64,000 nucleotides of DNA from an uncultured Thermoleophilia bacterium (GCA_963715985.1 CAVQSP010000011.1:544001-608000); one strand, 5' to 3'. Counted from the stretch's first letter, positions 38,496 to 49,317 are shown. A program made the numbers and translations. The notes: generated by a model not told the origin, from the letters alone.

Positions 38496-39851
38496 ATGGA
38501 CCTGACTCGCAAGCAGTTCCTCGCGGCGTCCGGCGTAGCAGCAGGCGGCCTGGTGGCGGCCAACGCGATGGGCGTGCCGGGCTTCGGCGGCCCGAACCAG
38601 GCGATGGCGGCGGGCAAGGCCTTCGACCCGGTGGCGCCGCCCGGCAGCCCGACGCTGCCCGAGATCGCCGACAAGCTCATGCACAACAACTGGTACATCC
38701 CCGTCGAGCCGCTGGCGGAGGACGAGATCCGCGTGTCGTTCATGGGCACGGCCTTCGTCCCCCGCATCGCCCAGGCCGCCAACAGCGTCTTCATCGAGGT
38801 CGGCACCGGGCAGAGCTTCGTCTTCGACCTGGGCATGGGCACCCTGACCAAGTATCAGGCCATGGGCGTCCCGTACACGCGCATGCAGCACCTCTTCATC
38901 ACGCACCTCCACGCCGACCACATGAGCGACCTGACCGCTCTGTACTGCTTCGGGCCTCCGCACGGGCGCGTGACGCCGATGCACGTGTACGGGCCCAGCG
39001 GGCCGAGGCTGAACGGCGCCGTGTACGAGAAGGAGGGCACCAAGGCCTTCTGTGAGGCGCTCTACGCGATGTGCGCCTGGCACCGGGAGGCCTTCAGCTT
39101 CCTGCCCACCGACCTCAAGCCCACAGCGGACGACCCGGATCCCGGCGGCGGCTACGACATCGTCGCGCACGAGTTCGACTACCGCGCCGAGGGCGCCGAC
39201 GCCGTCGCCTACCAGGACGACGACGTCACCATCACCCACTTCCCCGCCGCCCACGACCGCGACGGGTCGGTGAGCTACAAGCTCGAGTTCAAGGGCCAGA
39301 GCGTGGTGTTCAGCGGCGACACCAAGCCCACCACCTGGCTGCCCAAGTACAGCAAGGGCGTGGACGTGCTCATCCACGAGATGGCTCTCACCCCGCAGAC
39401 CTGGGTGGAGCACCAGTCGGACCTCTACCCCGGCGACGAGGGCTACTCCACGAACCTCGCCGGGTCCATGGAAGTGCAGGCCAACTCGCACACCCCCGAG
39501 AAGGCGTTCGGCCAGATCATGGCCAAGTGCCGGCCGCGCCTCGCCGTGATCACGCACTGCCACTTCAACCAGGACTGCTTCATCCCGGCGATGGACAAGG
39601 TGCGCAAGTCCTACGACGGCCCGGTGGCGTGGGCCATCGACGGCATGGTGATCAACCTGCGGCCCGGCAAGGACATCAGGCAGCGCATGTCCCTCATGCC
39701 CGACTTCGCCTGGGACCTCATGATCGCGCAGTACGGCTCCGACCAGCTGGAGCCGGCCAAGTACAAGGGGCCGTTCGCGCAGTACAGCGACTTCACCATG
39801 GACCACATCCCGGCCGAGTGGAAGAAGTGGCCCAGCGACAACGCGGAGTGA
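38496..39851 (+). CDS. Tat-signal metallo-beta-lactamase-fold hydrolase (RNase Z/arylsulfatase-like, GntH-like)
   Basis: MDLTRKQFLAASG Tat-like signal; FMGT, FDLGMG, THLHADHMSD, FSGDT, LIHE, SHTP, VITH. Confidence 0.8.
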   Translation: MDLTRKQFLAASGVAAGGLVAANAMGVPGFGGPNQAMAAGKAFDPVAPPGSPTLPEIADKLMHNNWYIPVEPLAEDEIRVSFMGTAFVPRIAQAANSVFIEVGTGQSFVFDLGMGTLTKYQAMGVPYTRMQHLFITHLHADHMSDLTALYCFGPPHGRVTPMHVYGPSGPRLNGAVYEKEGTKAFCEALYAMCAWHREAFSFLPTDLKPTADDPDPGGGYDIVAHEFDYRAEGADAVAYQDDDVTITHFPAAHDRDGSVSYKLEFKGQSVVFSGDTKPTTWLPKYSKGVDVLIHEMALTPQTWVEHQSDLYPGDEGYSTNLAGSMEVQANSHTPEKAFGQIMAKCRPRLAVITHCHFNQDCFIPAMDKVRKSYDGPVAWAIDGMVINLRPGKDIRQRMSLMPDFAWDLMIAQYGSDQLEPAKYKGPFAQYSDFTMDHIPAEWKKWPSDNAE

Positions 39852-39881
39852 CGCCGGCGGCTCACGCGGCGTGATCCGGAT

Positions 39882-39919
39882 CGGCGGCGGAGCGTGACGG
39901 AGGGGACGCTCCGCCGCCG
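39882..39919. terminator. 14-bp stem-loop between convergent genes
   Basis: CGGCGGCGGAGCGT-N10-ACGCTCCGCCGCCG. Confidence 0.6.
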
Positions 39920-39924
39920 GCCGG

Positions 39925-40467
39925 CTACGCGCTCTCCAGCGCGAACGTCGCCTCTACCGGGACTCCCTCCCGCAACGTGCTGAGCACCACGCAGTAGCGC
40001 TCGGCACTGCGCAGCAGCCGCTCGGCGCGCGCTCCCCGCTCGTCCCCGCGCACCACCACGCGCGTGTGGGCGCGCACGCCGGTCAGCCCGATGGGGAACT
40101 CCCGGCCCATCGCCAGCGTGCCCCGCGGGTCCCAGTCGCCCTCGACCGTGACCTCCAGCTCCTCGAGGCCGATGCCCATGTTCGCGGCGACCATGCGCAC
40201 CGTGGTCTCCTGGCAGGCGGCCAGGGCTGCGAGCAGCAGGTCGGCGGAACACGGCACGTCGCCGTCGCCGCCGACCGACGGATGCGCACCGGAGCGGAAG
40301 GCCGCCTCCGGCACGGAGTCCGGCGTCACGACGCAGTGCAGGGGATCTGCAAGGTCGGACGTGCCACCCCGCACGCGCAGCACCTGCGGGGCGCTGCCGG
40401 GGTCGTCCGTATACTGCTGCCGCAGCGGGGCCTGCCGCGCGCGGATGTCCACCTTCGACATCGGCAT
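39925..40467 (-). CDS. OsmC-family protein
   Basis: HPSVGG, CSADLLLAALAAC, VEGDWDPRGTL, AERYCVVLSTL. Confidence 0.85.
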   Translation of the reverse strand: MPMSKVDIRARQAPLRQQYTDDPGSAPQVLRVRGGTSDLADPLHCVVTPDSVPEAAFRSGAHPSVGGDGDVPCSADLLLAALAACQETTVRMVAANMGIGLEELEVTVEGDWDPRGTLAMGREFPIGLTGVRAHTRVVVRGDERGARAERLLRSAERYCVVLSTLREGVPVEATFALESA

Positions 40468-40482
40468 CAGGTCTCTCCGGGC

Positions 40483-40872
40483 TCAGAGCAACGGGTTCGG
40501 GTCGGCAGCGTACTCCTCCTGGCTGAGGCGCCGCACCAGGATCATGGAGCGCACGTACCGCGCGGGCTTGACCTTGCGGGGGTCGACCTTCTCGTCCTTC
40601 TCGCGGAAGTACACGTGCTCACGCTCCACGACCTTGAACGGCGTGAGCGTGCCGCCCCAGGCGAAAGCCTGCGCCTTCGTGTCCCCGGTCACGTTCGTCG
40701 GGAGAAGGATGAGATCTCCGACCTGGGCGAGCGGAGGATCCGGAGGCAGGTATTCCAGCGGGCCGTGGAAGCTGAACGGCGGCCGCCCCTCGCCGGGTTC
40801 GAGCAGCCACACCTCGACCGGCTCGCCTGCCGTCCTCTTGTCGGCCTTCCTGTCGGCCTTCTTGTCGGCCAT
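40483..40872 (-). CDS. Hypothetical protein
   Basis: GAGGAGGAG RBS and ATG; globular-looking sequence with high GC3; no family recognised. Confidence 0.7.
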   Translation of the reverse strand: MADKKADRKADKRTAGEPVEVWLLEPGEGRPPFSFHGPLEYLPPDPPLAQVGDLILLPTNVTGDTKAQAFAWGGTLTPFKVVEREHVYFREKDEKVDPRKVKPARYVRSMILVRRLSQEEYAADPNPLL

Positions 40873-41016
40873 GAGCTCCTCCTCAGTGGTGCGTGCGCGT
40901 TGCGGGGACCGCACGTGGGGCGACCCCTCTTCTCAGCGCTACACTCCCCATCCGGAGCCGTGCTCACTCACGGCGTCCGCTCCCCGACACCGGCCGGCGT
41001 ACCGCCCCAGAGCTCC

Positions 41017-41109
41017 TCAGTCGCGCGGCGGCGCGACCTGCGCCTCCGCCTCCCTCAAGTACTGCTGCACGAAGGCGATGGCCATGCTTCCCTCGCCGAC
41101 GGCGGCGGC
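41017..41109 (-). pseudogene. C-terminal remnant of a thioredoxin-reductase-like FAD oxidoreductase
   Basis: Reads AAAVGEGSMAIAFVQQYLREAEAQVAPPRD*; (S/A)AVGEGS-A...YL is the TrxB-family C-terminal motif; the rest of the gene is absent. Confidence 0.7.
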
Positions 41110-41133
41110 AGGACCGGAGGGGCCTGCGACCCG

Positions 41134-41898
41134 TCACGCCGGCCTGGTGACGAACACGACGGCGCGCTCGTGCGGCCGCAGCCGCTGGGCCGCCGCCGGC
41201 ATCCTGTCGGCGATCGTCGGTACCCGCTCGAAGAGCTCGGACCGCGCGATGGCGGCGAGAGCGTGGGGGTTCACGTAGACGATCGCGACCCGTCTGGGCC
41301 GTTCTCTGAGGCTCGTCTCGAGGTTCGCGACGACGCGCTCGAGCACCGCGCCCGGGAACGGATTGTAGAGATAGATCAGCAGCGGCTCGCCCGGGAACTC
41401 GAAGTCCTCCGCCTCCTGGACCAGGAGCTCGACGCGGGACGGATCGATCTTCTCGGGCCCGTAACGGGCCATGTTCCGCCCGGCCACGGCGACACACGCC
41501 GGCGAGATGTCCACTCCGATCAGCCTGCGAAAGGGATAGGTGGCGGCGACCATCAGGGGCTTGCCCTTGCCGCAGCCCAGGTCGACGAAGACGTAGCCGG
41601 AGAAGTCGAAGGCGAGACCGTCGAGGGGCATCCTGATCGCCGCCTCGCTGGTCGTCTCGTAGTGGACGACCAGGTGACCGCCGCGAGTGACGGCCGGCCC
41701 GAGCTCACGCCCGACGAGGACGGCGGCCGTGTCGGTGCCGTGCGCCGCGTCGAAGCCGTCCCGCGAGAGCTCCTCCAGCTTGCGCTGCTTGAGCCGGCGC
41801 ATCGTGCGGGGCCAGAGCACGTACCGCGGAAGCTCACGGAGCGTCGCCCCGAGCCCGAGGTCCCTGACGGAGGCGGAGAGGCGTCTGAGCGTCCTCAT
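41134..41898 (-). CDS. Class I SAM-dependent methyltransferase
   Basis: FDAAHGTDT, FVDLGCGKGK, IGVDIS, YLYNPF, IVYVNP. Confidence 0.85.
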   Translation of the reverse strand: MRTLRRLSASVRDLGLGATLRELPRYVLWPRTMRRLKQRKLEELSRDGFDAAHGTDTAAVLVGRELGPAVTRGGHLVVHYETTSEAAIRMPLDGLAFDFSGYVFVDLGCGKGKPLMVAATYPFRRLIGVDISPACVAVAGRNMARYGPEKIDPSRVELLVQEAEDFEFPGEPLLIYLYNPFPGAVLERVVANLETSLRERPRRVAIVYVNPHALAAIARSELFERVPTIADRMPAAAQRLRPHERAVVFVTRPA

Positions 41899-41953
41899 GT
41901 CGGCCTCATCCTACGCGAGACCGTGCCTGCGCCGTCGCCCCGCCGGCGGCCGG

Positions 41954-42289
41954 CTACCCCTCCGTGAGCTTGAGGGAGACGTCCCTGGCGAGCGCGAGGT
42001 TGGTGATGACGTACATGGCCTTGACCGCGCCCGCCGGCACCACGCAGGCCTCGCAGCAGCCCGTCGTGCGCAGCAGCTCGCTCGCCAGCGCGAGCACGGG
42101 GTTCTCGTCGGGGCTCAGCGTCTGGATCGCGTCGACCGGCTCGATGTCCTTGAGCCGCTTGTCGAACTCGGCGATGAGGTCGCAGTCACACTCGAACGCG
42201 AACGTGACGTTGCGGGCATCGCCGGTCTCGGCCGTGACGACCACAGGGTAGCCGCACACGCCGGGATTGATCTCTTCTCGGAGTTCCAT
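41954..42289 (-). CDS. Small Cys-rich protein (DUF6951-like)
   Basis: INPGVCGY, ECDCD, CCEACVVPAGAVKA, LALARDVSL. Confidence 0.7.
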   Translation of the reverse strand: MELREEINPGVCGYPVVVTAETGDARNVTFAFECDCDLIAEFDKRLKDIEPVDAIQTLSPDENPVLALASELLRTTGCCEACVVPAGAVKAMYVITNLALARDVSLKLTEG

Positions 42290-42447
42290 CGGTCTCTCTC
42301 TCAGTCTGGGGAGTGCAACGTCGAGGTGTGGTGCCGGAGCGCGTCACGCGTCAGCGCGCCGGCTGCCGTGCGGAACGTAGCAGTCGCCGGCGACCGCGCC
42401 CATGACCAAGGTCAAGCCGGCGCGGCCGGATCGGAGCAGTGGCCGCT

Positions 42448-43349
42448 TCAGTCGGGGTCGGCGGACGCACGCTTGCGGAGGAACCGTACCGCGTGCAAAG
42501 CCGCCACCTGACCCTCGCCCACGGCCTTGGCCGTCTGATAGGGCTCTCCCGTACAGTCGCCCGCCGCGAAGACTCCGGGGATCGCGGTCTCCATGGCGTC
42601 TGTCGACGGTCACGTGGCGGCCGTCGGAGGCCAGGCCGTCGAGGAGGGTGTGGGGAGCGACGCTGTTCTTGTAGATGAACACCGCGTCGACCTGCAGGTC
42701 CTCACCGGGCAAGCGACACGAGCATGTGACCGTCCACCCGCGCCAGCCGCGTCGGTCGCGCGCCGGGCAGCACCCTCACGCCCTCGGGGAGGCGGTAGTC
42801 GCCCTTGTAGAGGGGCAGGAAGGTGACGTCGACGCCGAAGTCCTCGGCCAGCGCCGAGGCCTCCTCCTCGCCCTGAGGGGAGTAGCTGACGAAGGCCGCC
42901 CGGCGCCCGGCGAACAGCCTGCCGTCGCAGGTGACGCAGTAGCTCACGCCCTGGCCCACGAGCTCCTCTTCACCCTCGATCCCGGGCTCGCGGTACACGC
43001 CCGTGGCGAGCACGACGGCGCCGGCGCGGTACATCTCGCGTTCGCTGAACACGACGAACCCGTCCTCGTCGGGGATGATCTTGCCGACCTTCTCCCCGAT
43101 GAGAGGCACGCCGAACTCCTCGAGGTGGCGCATGAACGACGCCGCCAGCTCCTCTCCGCTCGCCGAGATGAAGCCGAGGTAGTTCTCGATGGAGGGCGCC
43201 TTGCGGATGCGGCCACACGGCGCCTGGCCGTCCATCACGGCCACCGTGCGTCTGCGGCCGGCCACGTTGACGGCGGCCGAGATGCCCGCCGGCCCCGACC
43301 CCACGACGATGACGTCGTAGTCTGACGACCTCTCTGCGGGTTGTTCCAT
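42448..43349 (-). CDS. Thioredoxin reductase-like NAD(P)/FAD oxidoreductase (frameshifts near 42712 and 42597)
   Basis: VVGSGPAGISAA, IENYLG, VLATG, redox motif GVSYCVTCDG, and C-terminal PGVFAAGDCTGEPYQTAKAVGEG in a shifted frame. Confidence 0.85.
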
Positions 43350-43446
43350 GAGGATCCTTCTTCCGCTGCTGTGAGCCCCACCCATCGGGGCCCGCCGCAA
43401 CGAGAGATACCCCCGGGGGGCACCCCGGGAAACGGCCCGCGGCAGG

Positions 43447-44410
43447 TCACACGGTGATGACCACGTTCCCCGTCTTCTGCCCCGTCTCCACGTACTCGAA
43501 GGCCTCGACGGTGCGCTCCAGCGGGTACCGCCGGTCGATGACCGCCTTGTACCGGCCGGCCTCGACGAGCTGCTTGAAGAAGAGCACGTTCTCCTTGCTC
43601 ACCTTGGGGATCGGGAACCTGATCCTCTTGCCGCCGATCCCGGGGGTCCACAACGACAGCAGGGGGTTCTGAGCAAGGAAGCCGAGCTCCGACGAGATGT
43701 AGACGCCACCGTCGTCCAGCAGGTCCTGGCACCGCCGGAACGAGCTCTTGCCGACCGCGTCGTACACGGCGTCGTACCGCCGCCCGACCCTGGTGAAGTC
43801 CTCTCGCGTGTAGTCGATGACCGTAGCGGCGCCCAAGGACCTCAGCAGCTCCATGTTCTGCCCCCGGCACACCGCCGTCACGTCCGCCCCGTAGTAGCCG
43901 GCGAGCTGCACGGCGGCGGAACCGATGGAGCCGTCGGCGCCGTTGACGAGGATCCGCAGTCCGTCCCGGCGCGGCGTCCTGCGGATGAAGGCGATGGCGA
44001 GCATCGCCCCGTCGCAGACGACGGCGGCCTCCTCGTAGTCCATGGCCGCCGGCTTCGTCGTGATGGGAGCGTCCTCCGGCAGGCACACGTACTCGGCGTG
44101 AGCGCCGAAGTGCAGACCGGTCAGCCCGAAGACCTGGTCGCCCGGCGCGAACGACGTGACCCCCTTGCCTGCCGCCTCCACCTCGCCGGCCAGCTCGCTG
44201 CCCAGGATCGTCGCCTTGGGCTTGAGGGGGCCGCTGACCGCCCTGGCGAAGAAGGGTTCACCGCGGAGGAAGCCGCAGTCGGTGCGGTTCACGGTGGTCG
44301 CGCGGACGCGGATCAGCACCTCATCGTCTTTCGGGAACCGGCTTTGCCACGTCCGTGAACCGAAGAATGCCCGGTGGGCCGTATCTGGTGTGCACGATCG
44401 CCTTCATCAT
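43447..44410 (-). CDS. NAD(P)-dependent MDR oxidoreductase (frameshift near 44332)
   Basis: MKAIVHTRYGPP, then EVLIRVRATTVNRTD, GAHAEY, LVNGADGSIGSAAVQLA, IDYTREDF, KTGNVVI. Confidence 0.9.
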
Positions 44411-44503
44411 GGCTCCAAGCCTGAGTCGCCTGGGACGAGTCTACCTTGGAGCCCGTCGCTCACGCACGAGCACCTCTCGGCAGGGCGACCGGCGCGCGCC
44501 GAA

Positions 44504-46956
44504 TCAGTACTCCTGCTCGGCGAACGCCCCTTCGACCATGCCTTCGAGGTCGCCGTCCAAGGCGGGCTCTTCCCCAGTGGGCCCTGACGCCTCGCCCTCG
44601 TCTCTCCCCAGCAGCGCCGACCTGCCACGTATCATCGCATCGAACGCCTTGACCTTGAGGCGGGTGCGCGTCGCTTCGATGCGGCTGCGCATCTCCGCTT
44701 GATCGATCGTGTCGCCGGCCCGCACCCTGGGCTCTGTCGGCGCGGCGGACGCTTCGGTGGCGAGCTCGTCCGCGGAGGGCTCTTCGGCTCCGATCGTGGC
44801 GTTCCGCGGTGTCCGGCGGCACGCTTGCCTCGACAGGCGGTCCGCCCGCGCCTCGCCCTCGGCGCCGCCAGGGTGCCGCTCCTGCTCGTCTCCCATGGCC
44901 GGGTCGCCGGCTCGCTGCCTCGACGCCAGGAGGTCGGCATCGGCGGCGGCGGCCAATCCACTCGCGTCGGGTGCGTCCTCGGGGTAGGTGGCGATGCCGA
45001 AGCCTGACGCGAGATCGGGACTTGTTCGCCTGTCTCCGTCACATAGGGCGTCTCTGCGAGCGCCGCGCAGAGCTCCTCGGCGAACAGGGCCGCCTGAGCG
45101 GCCGTGGCCTCGGCCAGGATCAGGAGGAACTTGTCGCCCGCCCAGCGGCCGACGACATCATCGGCTCCCGTCCGCTCCGACAGCAGCGCGGCGACCAGCC
45201 GCAGCACTTCGTCGCCGGCGGGGTGGCCGTAGGTGTCGTTGAGGGATTTGAGGCCGTCGAGGCCGAGCATGACCGCGCTGAAGTGGCTGCCCTGGTCTTC
45301 GGCCCGGGCCTGCTCGAGGGCGAGGGACTCGTGGAGCTCGCGATGGCTGGCGAGGCCCGTCATCGCGTCGGCCTCGTTCAGGCGGCCCAGACGACGCAGA
45401 AGCCTGGCGCCGGCCACCGCCTCACCGGCCAGCCCGGCCAGCGCGCTCGCCACAGCCAGATCCTCTTCCGGGAACGCTCGCTCCCGCTCCGCGTCCCCGA
45501 AGACCAGCAGGCCCACCGGCCCGTCGGTGGACGGCATGGGGACGGTCAGACGGCTCTTCTCGCCCCGACTGTCCAGATCCGCGCGGACGGCCGGATCCAG
45601 CTCGCGGTCGGAGAGGAGTTCGAGCAGGGAGCGACCCGATTCGAGCACGGTGTGGCCCATCGGATCCTCTGCCAGCGGCAAGGGCTCCCCCGACCGGTCG
45701 CAGCCGCCGGGCGTCCTCTCCCACCTCGCCCGCATGACGATGGCCTCGAGCTCGAGGTCATGTTCGTACGCCACGCACTCGGAGACCCCGAGTGCTTCAC
45801 CGGCGCAGCGCGTGACGACGGCGAGCGCCTCCTCCAGGCTCGCGCCGACGGCGACCGCGCGACTCGACTCGTCCAATGAGGCCAGCCTGCGGTCGCCTTC
45901 TTGCTGCGCCCGCATGATGTCCGCGTCGTGGAGCGCAATGGCGATGAGCCTGCAGACCGAGACGACGGTCGAGACCTGCTCGGGCGTGATCGCACGGCCC
46001 TCGCGGGTCTCACTGATCTCGACCAGGCCGATGGCCTCGCCCCTGGCGACGAGCGGCACGATGAGCATCGCCTGCTCCCGCCACGCGCGCATCTCCTCGC
46101 GCTCCACCGCGCCGAGGCGCGGATCGGCGGGTGATGCGATGAGGACCGGCTCCTTCGTGAGCACCGCCTTCGCGTCGATGGCCCACACGTCCTGCTCCGG
46201 GCGAAGGCCCAGGTAGTCGGGGTGGGGCTCGTGGTCGTAGAGGCTCGCCAGACAGACGAGGCCGCCGCCCTCGGTCAGGCGATAGAGGTCGCAGTCGGGG
46301 AGATCTGCGACCTCACTCAGATGCCGGGCGATGGACGACCAGAGCTCGTCCGGATCCGCGGCGGAGGCAAGCTCCGCGCCGATGGCGTTCACCGCGGCGC
46401 GGACCCGCCGCAAGGCCACCCGGCTGAGCTGCAGTCTGGTCGAGAGCCATGCCAGCAGCTCGCCGACCACGAGGCAGGCCAAGCCGACGTACAGCGCGGA
46501 GGCCAGGGCGGGACCCGAGAGCTGACCCGCGGAGACAAGGGGCAGCAAGTACGCGACCGCGAACAGTGGTAGTGCCATCAGCGCCGTCCCCCGCGGGAAC
46601 GCGACGCCGATCCCGGCGAAGAGCAGGACGAACAAGACGCTGTAGAGGCGGACGTCGGGGCTCGCGAACGCGATCTGGAGCGCGACCAACGCGAGCCCCA
46701 CCGGGACCAGGAACAGCCCGGCCCAGCGAGGCCATCTGTTCCACGGCAGGAGCCAAGTCAGCAGGCCCGCGCCCGCGGCGACCGCGGCGGCGACGTAGGC
46801 GAGACCCGGCTGGTCCCCGGGAGTCGCGGGCCACACGAGACCGACGAGGCTGGAGACTCCGCAGAGCCAGAAGAGGACGGCGGCCGCTCGCCCCGCCAGG
46901 ATCCTGGACGGCCATGCGCCGGCCAGACCGTCTTCTCCGGCGTCGCCCTGCCGCAT
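44504..46956 (-). CDS. Membrane sensor-GAF-GAF-GGDEF protein with degenerate active site (frameshift near 45010)
   Basis: N-terminal TMs, two GAF domains (LIVPLVARGEAIGLVEI; LTVPMPSTDGPVGLL), DAMTGL, LNDTYGHPAGDEVL, RWAGDKF in place of GGDEF, acidic tail. Confidence 0.8.
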
Positions 46957-47338
46957 ACCCTCACGCCACTGCGCCAGCAGTGCACCCACCAAACGCCCTC
47001 CCCTGCGGTCGGTCACAAACGCCGCAGCCTCTGCTGACAACACTCATCGGCCGCCTCACGGAGCGCCTTGAATCCAAGCGCCGGGCGTGCGCTGAGAGCA
47101 ACGAATCGGCAGTCCGCAGGTCCGACGTGTGGCGAGGGAGGTGCCCCCGCCGGTCAGTCGCCCTTGGGATGAGGGAACGCGAACCCAGCCAATAGTTGCG
47201 CCGCGATGCCCCACGCACGTGCCGAGCGCCACCGGTTGGCCCCGGTCGCGAAGATGGGTCACAGGGCGCGGGCGAGGCGGCAACGTCCCGCCGCGCTCAA
47301 GGGGCGTCGCAACTGGTCGATAGACGCAGGAGATGCTG

Positions 47339-48959
47339 ATGCAGCTCCACTACACGCCCTTCATCGTGCCGCTCGCGGTCTCGGCGCTCTTCTGCCTCGC
47401 CATGCTCGCCGTCGCCTGGCTCAACCGCAGGGAAGCGGTGGCGCCGTGGTTCGCGGCCACGCTGCTCGCCCTGCTCGCCTGGACGGTCGGCTACATCTTC
47501 GAGCTCATGGCCCGCGGCCTGCAGGCGAAGATCGCCTGGGCGAACCTCGAGTACGTCGCCACCATCGCCCTGCCCGTGTTCTGGCTCCAGGTCGTGCTCG
47601 TCTACACGCGGCATCGCGGCCTCTCGCGGCGCAGCTGGCTGGTGCTGGGCCTGCTCGGAGCCGCCCTCCTTCTCGGCATCTTCCTCAATCCCGCCGGGCT
47701 CTTCCGCGACCGCACCAGCGCTCGCCAGGCACGGCTCGCTCACGGCTCTGCACCCTGAATACGGCCCCCTCTGGAGCCTTGGCTGGGTTCCCTTCGCCTA
47801 CGGCCTCCTGCTCGTCGCCGCCTTCCTGCTCGTGCGCGCCCTGCGCCACTCGCAGGGCTTCCAGGTGCGGCAGTCGCTCGCCCTGCTCGCCGCCTCGCTG
47901 CTGCCCCTCGCCGCCGGCACCGTCTACGCCCTCGGCCTCTCACCGTGGCCCGACTACAACCCGGCGATGGCGGTGCTCAGCGCCTCCGGCCTGCTGATGG
48001 CCTACGCCCTCTTCTCCTCGCGCCTCTTCGCGCTGGCGCCGCTCGCCCGCGATGCCGTGGTCGAATGCCTGGCCGACGGCGTCCTCGTCGTCGACCGCCG
48101 CGGCCGGCTGGTCGACGCGAACCCCGCGGCGCGGGCCGCCTTCCCCGAGCTTGCCGGCGCGCGCCTCGGCGAGCCCCTGGCCGCGCTCCTGGGCGGGCGC
48201 GAGGACGTCCTGCGCATCGTCGCTGAAGCGCTCGCCGCCCTCGAGCACGACCCCTGCGAGCGGCCCCGTGCACTGGGCCTCGTGGAGGTCGAGATCAGGT
48301 TGGCCAGCTCGAGCGCCGCCGCCGCGCGCATCTACAGCTCGGTCGTGACCCAGGTGCGCGGCGGCTCCGGCCGGCCCCTCGGGCTCGCCCTCGTGCTGCG
48401 CGACGTCTCCGAGCGCGTCGGGCTCCTCGACGAGGCGCGACGCCTGGCCACGACCGACGCCCTGACCGGCGTGCTCACGCGGCGCCGTCTGCTCGAGCTC
48501 GGCGCACAGGCGGTGCAGCAGGCGGCGCGGCGCGGGCTCCCCTTGAGCGTGCTCGTCGTCGACGTCGATCACTTGAAGCAGGTGAACGACAGCCAGGGTC
48601 ATGCCCGAGGCGACCGCCTGCTGACGGCGGTCGCCGCCGCCAGCCGCAGCGTGCTGCGCGAGGGCGACCTGCTCGGTCGCCTGGGCGGCGATGAGTTCTG
48701 CGTGCTCCTGCCCGGCGCCGACGGCGAAGAAGCGCGGGGCATCGCCGAGCGCGTCCGCTTCGCCACGAGCGTCTCCTGGGAGGCGGGCGCGGCGAGCCCG
48801 CGGCATGCGAGCGTGAGCATCGGGGTCGCCACCTGCGACGAGGTGGCCGCGAACGACTTCGCGGGCCTCCTGGAGGCCGCCGACCGCGCCCTCTACGCCG
48901 CGAAGGACGGCGGACGCGACCGGGTCGCGGTGACCGCCGTGGCGGGGACGCCGCGCTAA
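47339..48959 (+). CDS. HisKA_7TM-PAS-GGDEF diguanylate cyclase (frameshifts near 47745-47790)
   Basis: N-terminal 7TM domain (WTVGYIFEL...KIAWANLEY), PAS (DGVLVVD...NPAA), TDALTG, DVDHLKQVNDSQGH, RxxD I-site REGD, RLGGDEF. Confidence 0.85.
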
Positions 48960-49317
48960 GTCGGCCTCGGGGCCACCGGACCTACGTGCGGCGGGCAGGG
49001 GCAGCGTGGGCAGCATGGCTCCCGCGCACCTGACCACGCTCCTTTCCGCTCCCCAAGTTCTTGAAGCCGCCCTTGGTACGCGCTCATGATGAGTGCGGAG
49101 GAGGAGCAGGAGGTGGAGCGCCACGAGCGCGGCGAGGCCTCCGACCAGACGGGAATGGCGCATCTTGTTGCCTTCTTTCGTGACCGGGCGCTGTCGCCTG
49201 GTCTCGAGGTGGGCGCCTTGATGACGCCGCGGCAGCTGGACTCTGGAGAGACCCAGGGGCGCAGCCGCTCAGGTGTGGGGATCCCGTCGGCGCCAGAAGG
49301 CACGCCCGGAGGCGTTC

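Noticed and set aside
47140-47149. GGTGCCCCCG as a second att core matching the tRNA fragment
   Set aside because: Only 10 bp and GC-rich, plausible by chance in 64 kb, with no T-arm continuation.
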